A stretch of DNA of 64,000 nt, from the NCBI GenBank assembly GCA_010909165.1, contig MU008178.1, forward strand, positions 260,369-324,368, in the 5' to 3' direction. Each line of letters starts with the position of its first letter. Positions within the stretch are counted from its first letter, which is position 1. This DNA is from Anthoceros angustus. Its lineage: Eukaryota; Plantae; Anthocerotophyta. Positions 12,261 to 23,958 of the stretch are shown piece by piece. The notes under the pieces were generated by a model that was not told the DNA's origin, did not search any database, and saw nothing but the letters and a program-made list of their open reading frames with translations. The position numbers and the translations under genes were made by a program.

Positions 12261-14291
12261 ATGGCAGCGGTAGCCGGAGCCGCGGGCAAGTGCTGCTGCT
12301 CCTCCTCCTCCAGCCCCGCTTCCCGGCTGCAAGTTCAGCACAATCCCACGGCTCGGCTGCAGCTGCGATCGCCGTGGCTGGGCCTGTCTTGCGGAAGCAT
12401 TTCGAGGCAAGAGCGGAAGCAGCAGCAACAGCAGCAGCATCGGATGCTTTTGCCTGTGGCAGCAAGCTCCGCTCAGATTCTCGACTCGCCGGCCCCGGCG
12501 TCGCAGCAGGAGGACCTGCAAATTGTGAACGTGGATCTAGGAGACCGCAGCTATCCTATTTACATCGGGGCAGGTTTGCTGGACCAGCCGCACCTCCTGC
12601 AGAGGTATGTGGAAGCTGCAGCAGCCTTGGAAGCTCTTTCTTTCTGCCTTGCTCCCTTGCTTCCCGGTTTTGTCTCGCTTTTCTTATTCCTTGCTTTGCC
12701 GCAGGCACGTCAAAGGCAAGAATGTGTTGATCGTCACCAACTCCACGGTTGCTCCCTTGTACCTGGACAAGGTAGTAGCCGCCCTCAAGAGTGGCGGCTT
12801 TGACGTCAATGTGGAAACGGTGGTGTTGCCGGATGGCGAGCAGTACAAGGATCTGGTTCGTGCTTTGACCTACTCTTTGTGGCTCATCCAATCCCTTCCT
12901 CCATCCACATTGCTTATTGCTTTATTACACAATTGTGGCGCAGGAGAACCTCATGAAAGTTTATGACAAGGCAATTGAGACCAGAATGGATCGGAAATGC
13001 ACCTTCGTTGCCCTGGGTGGAGGAGTAATTGGAGACATGTGTGGCTACGCAGCAGCTTCCTACGTTCGTGGCGTGAACTTCATCCAGATTCCGACTACCG
13101 TCATGGCCCAGGTTTCTGACTCTTTCTCATCCGCCCTGGCCTGCATTATGTGAGGCTGCCTGCTGGCTCACTGTCAATTTGCTCCCTGTTGGGGACGCAG
13201 GTGGATTCATCCGTGGGTGGGAAGACCGGTGTGAACCATCCCGGTGGCAAGAACATGATCGGTGCCTTCTACCAGCCCCAGTGCGTGCTGGTAGACACCA
13301 AGACACTGGACACCTTACCAACCCGGGAGCTTGCGTCCGGGATAGCCGAGATCATCAAGTACGGTCTCATCCGGGATGCAGCCTTCTTCGAGTGGCAGGA
13401 GAAAAACATGGAGGCCTTACTCGCCCGGTATGTACCCATACACTTCCACTCCACATGTTATGCCAACAGCACCTGAAGGCACTACTCCCGTGACAAGATA
13501 CAATTGCTGGCTTTGCACGCAGAGATCCGAGTGCTTGGGCTTACGCCATCAAGAAGTCGTGCGAGAACAAGGCCGAGGTTGTGTCATTGGACGAGAGGGA
13601 AGGAGGCCTTCGCGCAACTCTCAACCTGGGCCATACTTTCGGACATGTAATGGAAGCCCCACTCAAACCCTTGCTGCTACTTGCTTTGCGTGCTGTTTCA
13701 GCGCCAATAGTGAGTCACCATCTCTTGCGTGGTGTGCAGGCCATCGAGACCGGGCTGGGCTACGGAGAGTGGCTTCATGGCGAGGCTGTGGCTGCAGGCA
13801 TGGTCGGTAACCTAACCCCTGCCACATTCCCTCCCTCTTGTCGTCCTGCTGTGGGAAGTGAAAACAGAGTAGAGTCTTAGCGGAAACGTATACTGCCCGC
13901 TTGCATTCCAGGTCATGGCTGCCGACATGTCCTACCGGCTGGGGTGGATAGAAGAGTCGCTGTTGAAGCGAGCTGTGAAGCTCACCGAGCGAGCCCAGCT
14001 TCCCACCGCTCCCCCGAAGGGCCTCACCGTCCAGACGTTCAAAACCATCATGGCGGTAAGCATACGAAGCTCAAGCGCCCTTCCTGGAAGCACGGAAACG
14101 CCACGCTCTTGCTCATTCGGATCCCCGGTGCTAATGTGAGTGTGCAGGTGGACAAGAAGGTGGAGAACGGGCTGCTCAAGCTCATCCTCCTCAAGGGAGG
14201 CTTGGGAGACTGTGTGGTGACTGGCGACTTCGATCCCGCGACGCTGGACCAGACCTTGTCCGCTTTCTGTCCTAGTAAAGACTCAAGTTAG
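12261..14291 (+). CDS. DHQS: 3-dehydroquinate synthase, plastid-targeted (AroB family), 8 exons
   Basis: Ser/Ala-rich transit peptide, then [66 protein letters not shown]. All introns GT-AG and in phase. Confidence 0.97.
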
Positions 14292-14407
14292 CCGAGTCCC
14301 AAATTCTTTTATCCGTACCTTTAACCCTAATAGGGCACTCGACGCGCCGGAACCAGCTCGCGTATTTGCCCCGTTTTTGTGCCTGCCGATTCCGGTTCGT
14401 GTCAGCT

Positions 14408-15425
14408 ATGGCGGAGGGAGTCAGAGTGGGAGCGGGCTTGCCGGGCCCATGCTGGATGGAGTTCCCCTTCTTCCCCGGCCCGGCGCGCGCGCTGCTGGAG
14501 GAGGTGGCGACACGCATCGAGCGGGAGCTCAAGGAGCTTCTGTTGGACAGCAAGACGCCGGAAGACGTGGCCTTCTTCCAGTCTCCTTCCGGGAACGCGC
14601 AGGGCTCCGTGCTGTTACGCACCAGTTTGGACAAATCGCAGGCAGGCTAGCCCGAATTGCTGCCATGAGCGTATTGCATTCGAATCGGATCCGATTCAGT
14701 CCCGAGAAGTGTCTACATTGCATTGCACATCCGAATGAGTCGGAAGAATCAGAAGTGATCCTGAAGAAGCGATTCAGACGAAGTTTTGTTCACATTGCGT
14801 TGCGTGTTTGCAGGTGAGCCTGGTGGTTGGATCGTGGCTGCACTGCGTGCTGGCGGGGGGGACGCTGGACATGGCGACGCTGAGCGTGATGCTAGGGCCG
14901 GAGACGGACGCGCCGCACCTGCTGCTGGAGCTAATCGTGAGCGGGAGCAGCAGCGTGGTGCTGCTGCTGGACCTGCTGCCGCGCAAGGACGTGGTGATGG
15001 AGCCTCACTACCTGGATCGCTTCTACGCGGACACAGAGCTGGAGAAGGTGCGGCAGGACATGGACAAGCATCCCGCCGCGCACCCCTATGTCTCCGCCTC
15101 CCTCTTCTCGCGCAGCGTGGTGTCCGCCACGGCGCTCCTGTTCAAGTTCCCGGACCTGCAGCCGGACCCCGCATCCCCCTCCATCCACACCGTCTTCCGG
15201 GAGGTGGTGCAACCGGCGGTGCGCCGGGTCTTCCTCGTCTGGCTGCACGCATACCGATATCGCGGCAAGGAGGTTCGGGACGAGCAGGAGCGCCTGGCGC
15301 TGGCTACGCGCGACGCGCACATTAAGACCAAGGTCCTCGAGGCGGATTTGAGCTCCAATCTACCACGCCTCTTCGGCCAGCGCATCACTAACAAAGTGCT
15401 GGAGGCGTACAGTAGAGGAGAATGA
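14408..15425 (+). CDS. RCCR: Red chlorophyll catabolite reductase (ACD2-like, ferredoxin-dependent bilin reductase family), 2 exons
   Basis: MEFPF, TPEDV..F..P.G.AQGS, VGSWLHC, APHLLLELI, LLLDLLPRKD.V..P.YL..FY..T.LE, PYVS.SLF.RS.VS.TA match the RCCR pattern. Intron at 14642-14813. Confidence 0.88.
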
Positions 15426-15791
15426 ATCTTTACGCTACCTACTGCTGATAGAATCACTACCTTAGTTCAGTATTTTATTCCATTGCGGGTATACATGCAA
15501 AACAATCTTCTCCCATACCTCACGTCTCATCTTATTCCATTGCGGGTTCCTATACATGTAAACTACAATTTTGTGTTTCATCGTCATAAAGGTTCCTACT
15601 CTTTGCACTGACCCTAGTGCAGCCGCAAACTTTACAAGAACCTGGAGGACAAACTGCTACAACGCCACCACGAAATTGCTACCACAAGATGCCCCGAAGC
15701 TCTAATGCTCCAGAACGAAGACAACAAAAAACAACCATATGTACAAGCACCTGGATATACGAATTAGTCGTAGTGCACCCAAAGCTTCTCA

Positions 15792-17095
15792 CTAAGAAGC
15801 TCTCGCCCTCTTGGCTGTCACAATCGTCAGCACCATGATCGCCAGCACCACGCAAGACTTGACAGTTCTGTCCAAAACATCCCCGTCCTTCTCAGCGAAG
15901 ACTTTGGTGTCAGCAAACTCAAACAACGAATGCAGGATATCCATAACTCCCTCCATGAGATGGGATAAATATTTCTTGGTACGTTCCAAGATTCCAGTGA
16001 AACTGAGGGAACTGTCTTCTCCTGCCCCGCCTTCCTGACGCTTCCCTGGACAGCCTTCCTGATACTTCCCTGACCCGCCTTGCTCACTTTCTTCGTCTGG
16101 CATGCTGCTGCCAGATTCACTGGTGGGGGGATCTGAGGTACAAAGAAGAATCAAAATTTCGCAGCATGAAAAATCCAGAGTCTCACGGAGCAAAACCACG
16201 TCTTCGTACCATGCAAGTTGCGCCGGAACTTCTGCACCTCGTCGTTTCTCCAAACAGCCTCCCATACTGCCTTGTCCATCGCAAGCGACCTCACAATGTT
16301 CTGATGATTAAAAACATGAAACAAGGCATGGTCAATAGAGGCCGTCATGCAAATGGCATTGGGACGTGCTTGTGATGACAGAACAGAGCACCACTGACCT
16401 GCACACCACCGTTGTGCTGAAACAACTGCAGAGCCTCAGCCACCGAGGAAGACCGCCCGCGAGTGCCGTATATCGTCGGGGGCTCCATCCAGGGCACCAC
16501 ACCCTGCTGCTCCCCTTCCTGCGGCTGCGCGTCCTCCCCGGATGCCGCTCTCTCCTCCAAAGCACTGACATCCGGCACAGGGGGAGAAGGCGGGGTCGCC
16601 AAAAAACCTCTACATGCCAAACACACACACATCAGACCTAAACCATTCCCGCAGCAAGCAACACGAAAACGGAAGCAGGAAAAGACAAGAACACCAGTTC
16701 CGGCAAGAGAATTACAAGCGGATGGCATTGTGCAGATCACGTGACGCCTCATCCACCTCCTGCGCCGTGGGACCCAGGCCGAGCACCAGGTGCGGGCTGC
16801 GCCCCTGCTCATCCAGAAACTCCCAATCATCCACCTCCCAGCCCGGCGGCACCGAGGCGTGAAGCTGGCTGGTCGCGAGCGCCTGAGACGACTGAGGGCC
16901 CTCAATCTTGCAGACGCAGGGCGGGAGCGGGGCGGCCGTGCTCCCCGTGGACGCCGTCGTCGCCCGAGCTTGTACCGCGGTACACATGTTGCATATTGCC
17001 GTGGCTGCGGCAGAAGAGGAAGAAGAAGCGGCGTTCACGCCTGCCACCACTGCGGCTCGACCTACCCCGCGCACGACCATGGACCCCCCGCCCAT
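15792..17095 (-). CDS. Plant-specific conserved protein (UCP012943-like) with C-terminal hydrophobic anchor, 4 exons
   Basis: MGGGSMVVRG start at 17095; DDWEF, PTAQEVDEASRDLHNA, VQ|NIVRSLAMDKAVWEAVWRNDEVQKF; C-terminal VVLAIMVLTIVTAKR. Family assignment is from memory of the motif pattern, not from a search. Confidence 0.7.
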
Positions 17096-17728
17096 GCTTC
17101 CTCCTTCCTCTCTCCCCAGCCGCAACCAGGACCCCGCCCTTCTCTCCCGCACACGCACACACACACACACAGCCCCTTCTAAACCACCACCCCTCTGCGT
17201 GCCCTCTTCTCCTCAGCCACCTCAAAATGAACTCATGAGCCAAAGGGCCGCCGCATATAGTAAACCAGCAAAACACGCAGTAAATAGGTACATTGTATGT
17301 CACCCCTATCTTGCGCTGCCACAATAATTCCTTGTTGTACCAGGCAGTCTGGTAAATCACATTCGGCCGAAAACAAAAATATCTCTTCACCTCTTGTCGA
17401 CATAAGGTATACCATATCGAGTAGCGCTTCACGCGAAACCGGAGGATATCGAACATTCATCGAACACAGATAAACATACCAAAATGTCATCTCCTTTCCA
17501 AGAATGTCCTCCATCCCTCTTCCAAGGGTGGCCTCCAATCTTCCTTTCATGTAAAGAGTACGATTTAAGAGACAGGAGGTCTAGCCATTTACGTCCTCGG
17601 CTTTGATCGACCACTTTCTCCTTTCAAGTTCTAACTCTAGGTTCCCATAGCCCCTTGTCGTTCCCAGGCAAACTCAATACCTAGCAGTGCGGAGGAAGTG
17701 ACTCTCCACAGCTCCCCAGTCCAAATGA

Positions 17729-17965
17729 GGAAGAAGAAGAAGAAGAATTTTATTGAAGTCCCCTATGGACAGATTTCGGTCATGGGACTTGGTACTTAAC
17801 AACTTATACCATGGTGTGTCTAAGCTACTTGCACCAAGGGCATCCACTCCCTTTAGGCACCCTATCTAAATCCCTTTAGGCACCCTATCTAAGTACCGAT
17901 CTAAGCGTAGGATGTTTAATCACAACATTCTTATAAATATGTGTCCAAACTGCCTAAGCCATTTG
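17729..17965 (-). repeat. Right arm of the inverted repeat (partner at 7811-8018), with a 23-bp internal duplication
   Basis: Matches the reverse complement of 7811-8018. TCCCTTTAGGCACCCTATCTAA is duplicated at ~17848-17891. Confidence 0.9.
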
Positions 17966-19224
17966 AAAGGGTATAAAAAATATTATAGTGTTAAAGATGG
18001 TCTAGGTACCTTAGAATCCCCTAAAATATAGAGTTATTTTACTTATAATATTTATTTATAAGATGAATTAAGTTTGGAGATCTAAAATTTTTCTTAAGTT
18101 AGGGTCGTACGTAGACAAAACATTTGATCATGAAAAACGAATGCAAAGACATAGGATGACGTTCACGATGGCAAGTTAGCAAAGTTAGCTACTTGCATTT
18201 TAGTAAGTGAGTGGATGGGGTGTTGTTACTATGTGGTGGTTTGGAGGCTGCTTAGTGCGGGGATGAAGCGCGAAGTCTAGGCTAGGGACATTCAGTCGTG
18301 TTTCCTGATGGCCAGCCGTGATGATCGAGTCTGGATCACTGCCACTGCTTTCTTGGTTGGTGACACGGAGAGAGACGGAGAGAGAGGAAGGGAAGGGAAG
18401 GGAAGGGAAAGGAAAGAATTTCCTGCTTCAAATTGGGAGCTGGAATGGTGACTCACGGTATAGTCGGGAGCTACGAGGCACCGACTTTAGTAATGTCCGT
18501 AGAAGCAACGCTAGTTATGTAGATCGGCAGCAGCAGGATGCGTGGAGTGGAGGCCATATCCATGGCCAGGGTAAGGTGGAGGAGTGTATACACTACAAGG
18601 ACGGAGCCTCAGACACATGTGTGGAGAAAGAACGACGGTGACTAGCCTCGGGAAGCAGAGCTGGTGCAAATTGCGACTCCCGGCAGTAGGGTTCAAGCCA
18701 GTCGGTCGCGGGGCCGGCGAGTGCAGGGCCGCCGGACTTAGATCCCATGAGGTCCCGCAGACCTCCACCTTGTTCTCACGTCCCCCCAGCCGCCCAGCCT
18801 CCGGCCGTGCCCGCATCAGATGTGCCTACAGCTTGCTCTGGCCCCTGCCCCTGTTCCAGCTCCTGCTTGCTTGCACCCCGCCGTGTCCAAGCTGGGAATC
18901 TGGAAGTCATCCACATCCCAGCCGCCGATCGTCGTTATCCGCGGGCAGTCTCGAGGAGGGATCCATGGCGGCGGCTCCGCAAGTCGAGCGGCAGCCGGAG
19001 CAAGTCGAGCGGCAGGCAGACTTGGATGGATCATCCCCCTCCTGGTACGTCCGTGTGAAACCAAGTGAAGCCCGCCCTATCCGACCACGACGTCGTGTGT
19101 TTCCCGGCTATGTATAAACGGGAAAATCAAAAAGCTGTTTCGCTTGTGAGGCCTTTCTCACAAGCGGAGACACTCCTCAAGGGCATAAATGTAGGAATGT
19201 AGGACACTACATATCTACAGTAGG

Positions 19225-19246
19225 TACGTATACGTAGGTATATAAA
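19225..19246 (+). promoter_or_regulatory. Perfect 12-bp palindrome TACGTATACGTA (two ACGT cores) next to TATATAAA, ~215 bp upstream of the DHU1-like ATG
   Basis: Seen directly. Promoter function is inferred from position only. Confidence 0.4.
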
Positions 19247-19458
19247 ATTGTATGTTCATTTTCGTGGATGAGGAAAAGAGCCCTTTCTGAGAGACCCAAA
19301 GGCTGAAACCGGCAGACGAGAGCAGCCGCAAACGATCCTTCCTCCGCCTCCTGCAGGACAATGCCGGAGTCTGCCAGGTCCAGCTCCAGGCCTTCCGCCT
19401 GACCGCGTCCGCTTTATCGCCCGACCGTTCCAGAGCGGACCCCGCGCCGGTCGTGCAC

Positions 19459-22400
19459 ATGGACGGGGACCTGGACATGGAGATGGAGATGAGCACCGCC
19501 TCCTCGACTCTGCCTGCCCGGTGCGTTGCGTTCTTCTTTTTTTTTTTTAAATTTTAATTCCCCTCTTTGTTCATCTCTTCTTCTGCTCTTCCGGCCGGTT
19601 GCAAGGGCAAGGAGGGCGGGTGTAATGAGATTGTCATCTGTCTTGGATTGCAGGTACGCACACGCGTGCGAGCGGCATGGTGTGCTTCCGCACCATTCCA
19701 TTTGTCTTGCCATTGCAAAGGTGAGCGCTTTTTCTGCAGCATTGGGAAGCTGGAGAGGTGGAATTCTTTCTGGGACTGCTCACAGCCTTTCTTTGCATGC
19801 TGTATGTTCAGATGAGGTTGCATCCCAGCGCATCGGAATTGGAGTTGGTGGTGGACCAACTGGTGGATGAGGATGTAGCCCCTATTGTAGATCTTCTGGC
19901 CGCTGCAGCAGGGAGTGAGGAGCTTACAGCCGTCGATGTCTCCCATAACACCGCAGCGTCCTGCCTGGACGGGATTGTGTTCATGCACCTGCTGCGTGCT
20001 GCTGGCTCCAAGCTTAGGACTGTGGGGCTCAGGAACAGCGCTTTTAGTCGGGAAGCGCTCAGGTTGGCTCGCCATCAGCTGCTGGCACCACCCGCATCCT
20101 CCTCTTCTGCTTCTCGTCATGGCCCATGCTAATAACTCGATGCTGTTCCTGATTTAGGGATCTTTTTCAAGGAGGGATCTTGTCTACGAGTCTGGATATG
20201 AGTGTCTCCCGAGTACGGAACATGGATATGACGGGCAATTTTCCACTGCTGCATACCTTGACGTTGGACTACACCTTCCCGATCACGCACTTGCCAGAGG
20301 GATGCTTTAAGGGAATGCCACATCTCGCCAGGCTTTCCATGTGTGGTACAGACATAGCCAATCTGTGGACGACGTGTGCTGCCCTCGTCAAACTCCCCCG
20401 CCTCGTGGAGCTGCGCTTCCAGAAGAAGTGTCTCTGCTGTCAAGGGACTGGCCAGTGTAGGAGTCAAGCCAAGATCAGGCACCACATGGATTGGCTTCCT
20501 ACCTTGGACGACTTGGGTTTCTTCGAAGTGCAGTCGTCCCGGTTTCCCACAACTGAGGATGAAGAGTCTATAAGTATGTTCTCCGACGACGATTCTGCTA
20601 CGCAGGCTAGGCAGGCTCGTACAGAGAGTGGGAACACCTCAACTGCTCCCGCAGATGACTCAGCTCTCATGGATATTGGATCTGGAGAGCAAGAAAGCTC
20701 TGAGGACCTTTTGGAACCTGACCTTGATGAACTGTCGGGGACTATGAGCGCCAGTAGTCATGCATCCACAGAGCCTTCAGATGATATTGACAGAATGGAT
20801 TTTGGAAGAAGTGAAGGAGTTGGTAGCTCAGGGGACGAGGGAGAAGAGCCTGCTATGCCATCAAGGGGAGGCACTTCATTTGGACTGCGGGTTATCCACA
20901 CCTCACCCATCTGTTTTCAGAAACACTACAGGGAATTCATGGTGGCAAATCTGAAGGGCCTCAAAGTCCTCGATAACGTGTGCATCTATGAGAAGGAGAG
21001 GGATCTTGCTCAACAGGTTTGCACCGATCGATTTGAAAGAATGGCCAACAACAGGAGGGAAGATGAGAATGTGTTTGAGATACTGAGGCATCGTGAGATG
21101 GGTAGCGGAGCAACTCTACGCAGATCAGGTGCAGTCCGCAGGACTCGCAGTAGTGCTGGATTCTCCAGATCCCTCTGTGCTGCAAAAGTGGCATCATGTT
21201 CTTGGCCATCCACCACTCCTATATGTCGGTTTAAAAAGTCAAATTTCGATATTAACAGAAGGTGCAGAGCACGTCAATTTGAGTATCATCCCACAGAACC
21301 ATCGTATATGGTGTTTGGCACGCTTCATGGAGAGGTCGTGGTGGTGAATCATGAAAGTGACAAAGTGGTGGGCTATGTACCATCCATCGGTGTGTCGCAC
21401 AGCATATTGGGACTTTGCTGGCTAAACAAAGACCCCAGCAAGGTGAAATTTCTACTACCCTCAAATTCGTTCTACTTACTGTGATAAGTGTAATAGTTTG
21501 CCCTTACTTGTGGTTTGTTTCGCTGTGCAGCTCATTGCCGGCTCAGACAATGGCTCACTACGATTGTATGACGTGAACCACATGCATCGAACAATTGTAC
21601 TGCCTGGACGGAGTGACAGCAGACTGAGCACCCGGGGTTCAAGCAGTTTCTGGTCAGCACATGCTGGCATGACCTCTCGCACCCGTCGCAGTCCGACAAT
21701 ATACACATATGATGACTTTGAGCAGTTAACGTCAGTGCATATTAATTGCACAGATGACTACTTCCTTGCTAGTGGGTATTCAAAGCATGTCGGCCTGTAT
21801 GATCTCCGAACAGGGAAGCGGCTGCAGATCTTTTCAGATCTGCATCAGGAGCACATAAATGTAGTGAAGTTTGCTCATCACTCGCCTCATCTATTTGCCA
21901 CCTCTTCTTTCGACAGAGACATCAAAATGTGGGACATAAGGCAGAAGGCAGTTAAGCCGATCTACACAGTTCAAAGTGCCAAAGGAAATGTAATGGTGTG
22001 CTTCTCTCAAGACGACCACTACCTTTTGTCATCAGCTGTTGACAATGAGGTACAGTGTAGCTGAATTGAGCTTCAAGTGAGTCAGTACCATTCTCTCAAA
22101 ATTTAATCAAGAACTTCAAAGTTTCTGAACGTATCATCTGAAATTTGATTGGTTGCAGGTACGGCAGCATCTGTCTGTGGATGGCAGATTGCATATGATG
22201 TTTGACATCGCTCCCACTGGTAGCAGTCAGAATTACACACGCTCTTACTATATGAATGGAAGGGATTACATAATCACAGGAAGTTGTGAGGAGAATGTTG
22301 TTCGCATTTGCTGTGCACAGACAGGGAGGCGTCTTCGGGATGTGGCGTTGGAGGTATGTTACTTTGGTGGTGGATGTACCAGGTCAACAAAGCATATGTA

Positions 22401-22821
22401 GTTTGCGACAATCTAACACAGGCATGTGCTATGTTGCAGGGTCGTGGTCTGAAAAATTCCCTTTACGTGCAGTCATTGAGAGGAGACCCTTTTAAGGTGA
22501 TTGTACGTTTTCCGTGCCCTTTTGTGATCACATTATGCAGGCTCTACCCGGTTGTTTGATAAGTCGTTTTTGTGCAGGCTTTCCATTTCTGTGTGTTGGT
22601 TGCTTACAACCTTCCTCATTCTCGATCTGAGATAGTGAAGGTGAGTGGACTAATACCCTTTGCGATCTGCTACTGCTGGTCCACTCCTACTGCGTTGGTA
22701 ATGTTGTGACTAAACAATTTGACTGGAATTGCCTTAGGTCAACCTTCTGTCCAGTGAAGGGCACAAAAGGGGTGGCCAAGCAGAACCGCAGTACACATCT
22801 CTTGCGAGCATGGGAGCTTGA
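19459..22821 (+). CDS. DHU1: LRR + WD40 (DWD-type) protein resembling Arabidopsis DHU1 (DWD hypersensitive to UV-B 1)
   Basis: RYAHACERHGVLP; LRR segment LHTLTLD..LPEGCF.GMP.L..LSMC; CFQKHYREFMVANL..LKVLDN; RARQFEYHP.EPS.MVFGTL.GEVVVVNHE; LIAGSDNGSL; SFDRD.KMWD.R; YTRSYYMNGRDYII.GSCEE; SLRGDPF; stop TGA at 22819-22821. Consistent GT-AG exon chain. Confidence 0.85.
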
Positions 22822-23422
22822 TTCATTTGGAGCCTGAAGTTTATTTGGCCATATTTACTTCAGCCTGTTTTGAACTTTGTGAAATAGTCCATCCTTAGTT
22901 CTTTGGTCCCCGCCTCGCTGTCCCGGCCTTGACATTCAAGAATGTGATTGATTCTGCTGTCAAGCCCCAGACTGCGTTGACATAACTCGGTGCATCACAC
23001 TCATTTTCCCTGGAGTCTCTTGGAATCTGCTGGAAGGGTTCGGCGGGTGGGGAGGTTTGTGATGGGTTGTTGTTAGACATTCAAACCTATCCTTAACATC
23101 TTTTCCCATGAATTGCGTGGGAGTGACTTGGACCGACTAGGTGCTGAAGTCCGTCCGGATTTAATGCGGAGGTACGTTGTGTGGACTCCAGAGCACGTTC
23201 GTGGGCTCCAACGCACGGCATTGGGCCTTGTGTGGGCTAAGCCGGGTGGGGTATAGAGGAGTTTCTTCAAAATCAGAAATTTGCTGGATGACATGTGGAC
23301 AAGGATTGTTACGACGGTAGAATCACAATCCCATCATCCTATATCGGTTCTGCATTAACGAAAATTTTTAAAAAGACATTGCTACAATATAAAAGATAGA
23401 CAAAGATTCAAGGGTTTCTCTC

Positions 23423-23908
23423 TCATAGCACTTCTTCCATAAATGCATCCGTATCTTCACTAGCTTCATAAGAGGAAGATTTGAGCCTAAGTATCTGAAC
23501 CACTCGCCCACCAAAAAAAAAATAGATACCAGGAAGAATATTGTTTACAGCAGTCGGAAAATAGAATGATTTTCCATTCCAATTGTCCTCATAAGTTGAA
23601 TGGATTACTATTCTATCAAGGAAATTTGGAATCAGCATGTTATTCTTGTCATCCTTCATCAAATACATCAAGCTGTTTTGATAGGCCGGTACACTCCTGT
23701 CACCAACCTGTGCTGGACCATGAACATCTGTCCCTAGTCTCCCATTTCCCAACATGACTTGCGAATATTTACTTGTCATACCAAGGTTGCCTCCCCATTC
23801 CAGGTGATTAAATAGTTCAAGAGAAAGAAAGCCATCAAATATTGACGTTGGCCAATAACCAACTGCTTGTCCATTAATAAACAACCATAAATTAGCCGTG
23901 TTTGAATC
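23423..23908 (-). pseudogene. Terminal exon of a neprosin-family gene, convergent with DHU1 and cut off from its own upstream exons
   Basis: Open frame DSNTANLWLFINGQAVGYWPTSIF..EWGGNLG..MLGNG..FFFGG..EEVL*, matching neprosin D...GNWWL..VGYWP..WGG..MGSG..FYGG. Upstream sequence switches to inverted DHU1 at ~23959. Confidence 0.85.
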
Positions 23909-23958
23909 CTGGATCACATTGTCCAAACTAAGAATGAGTATGGAGAGCCAAAAAGTCC

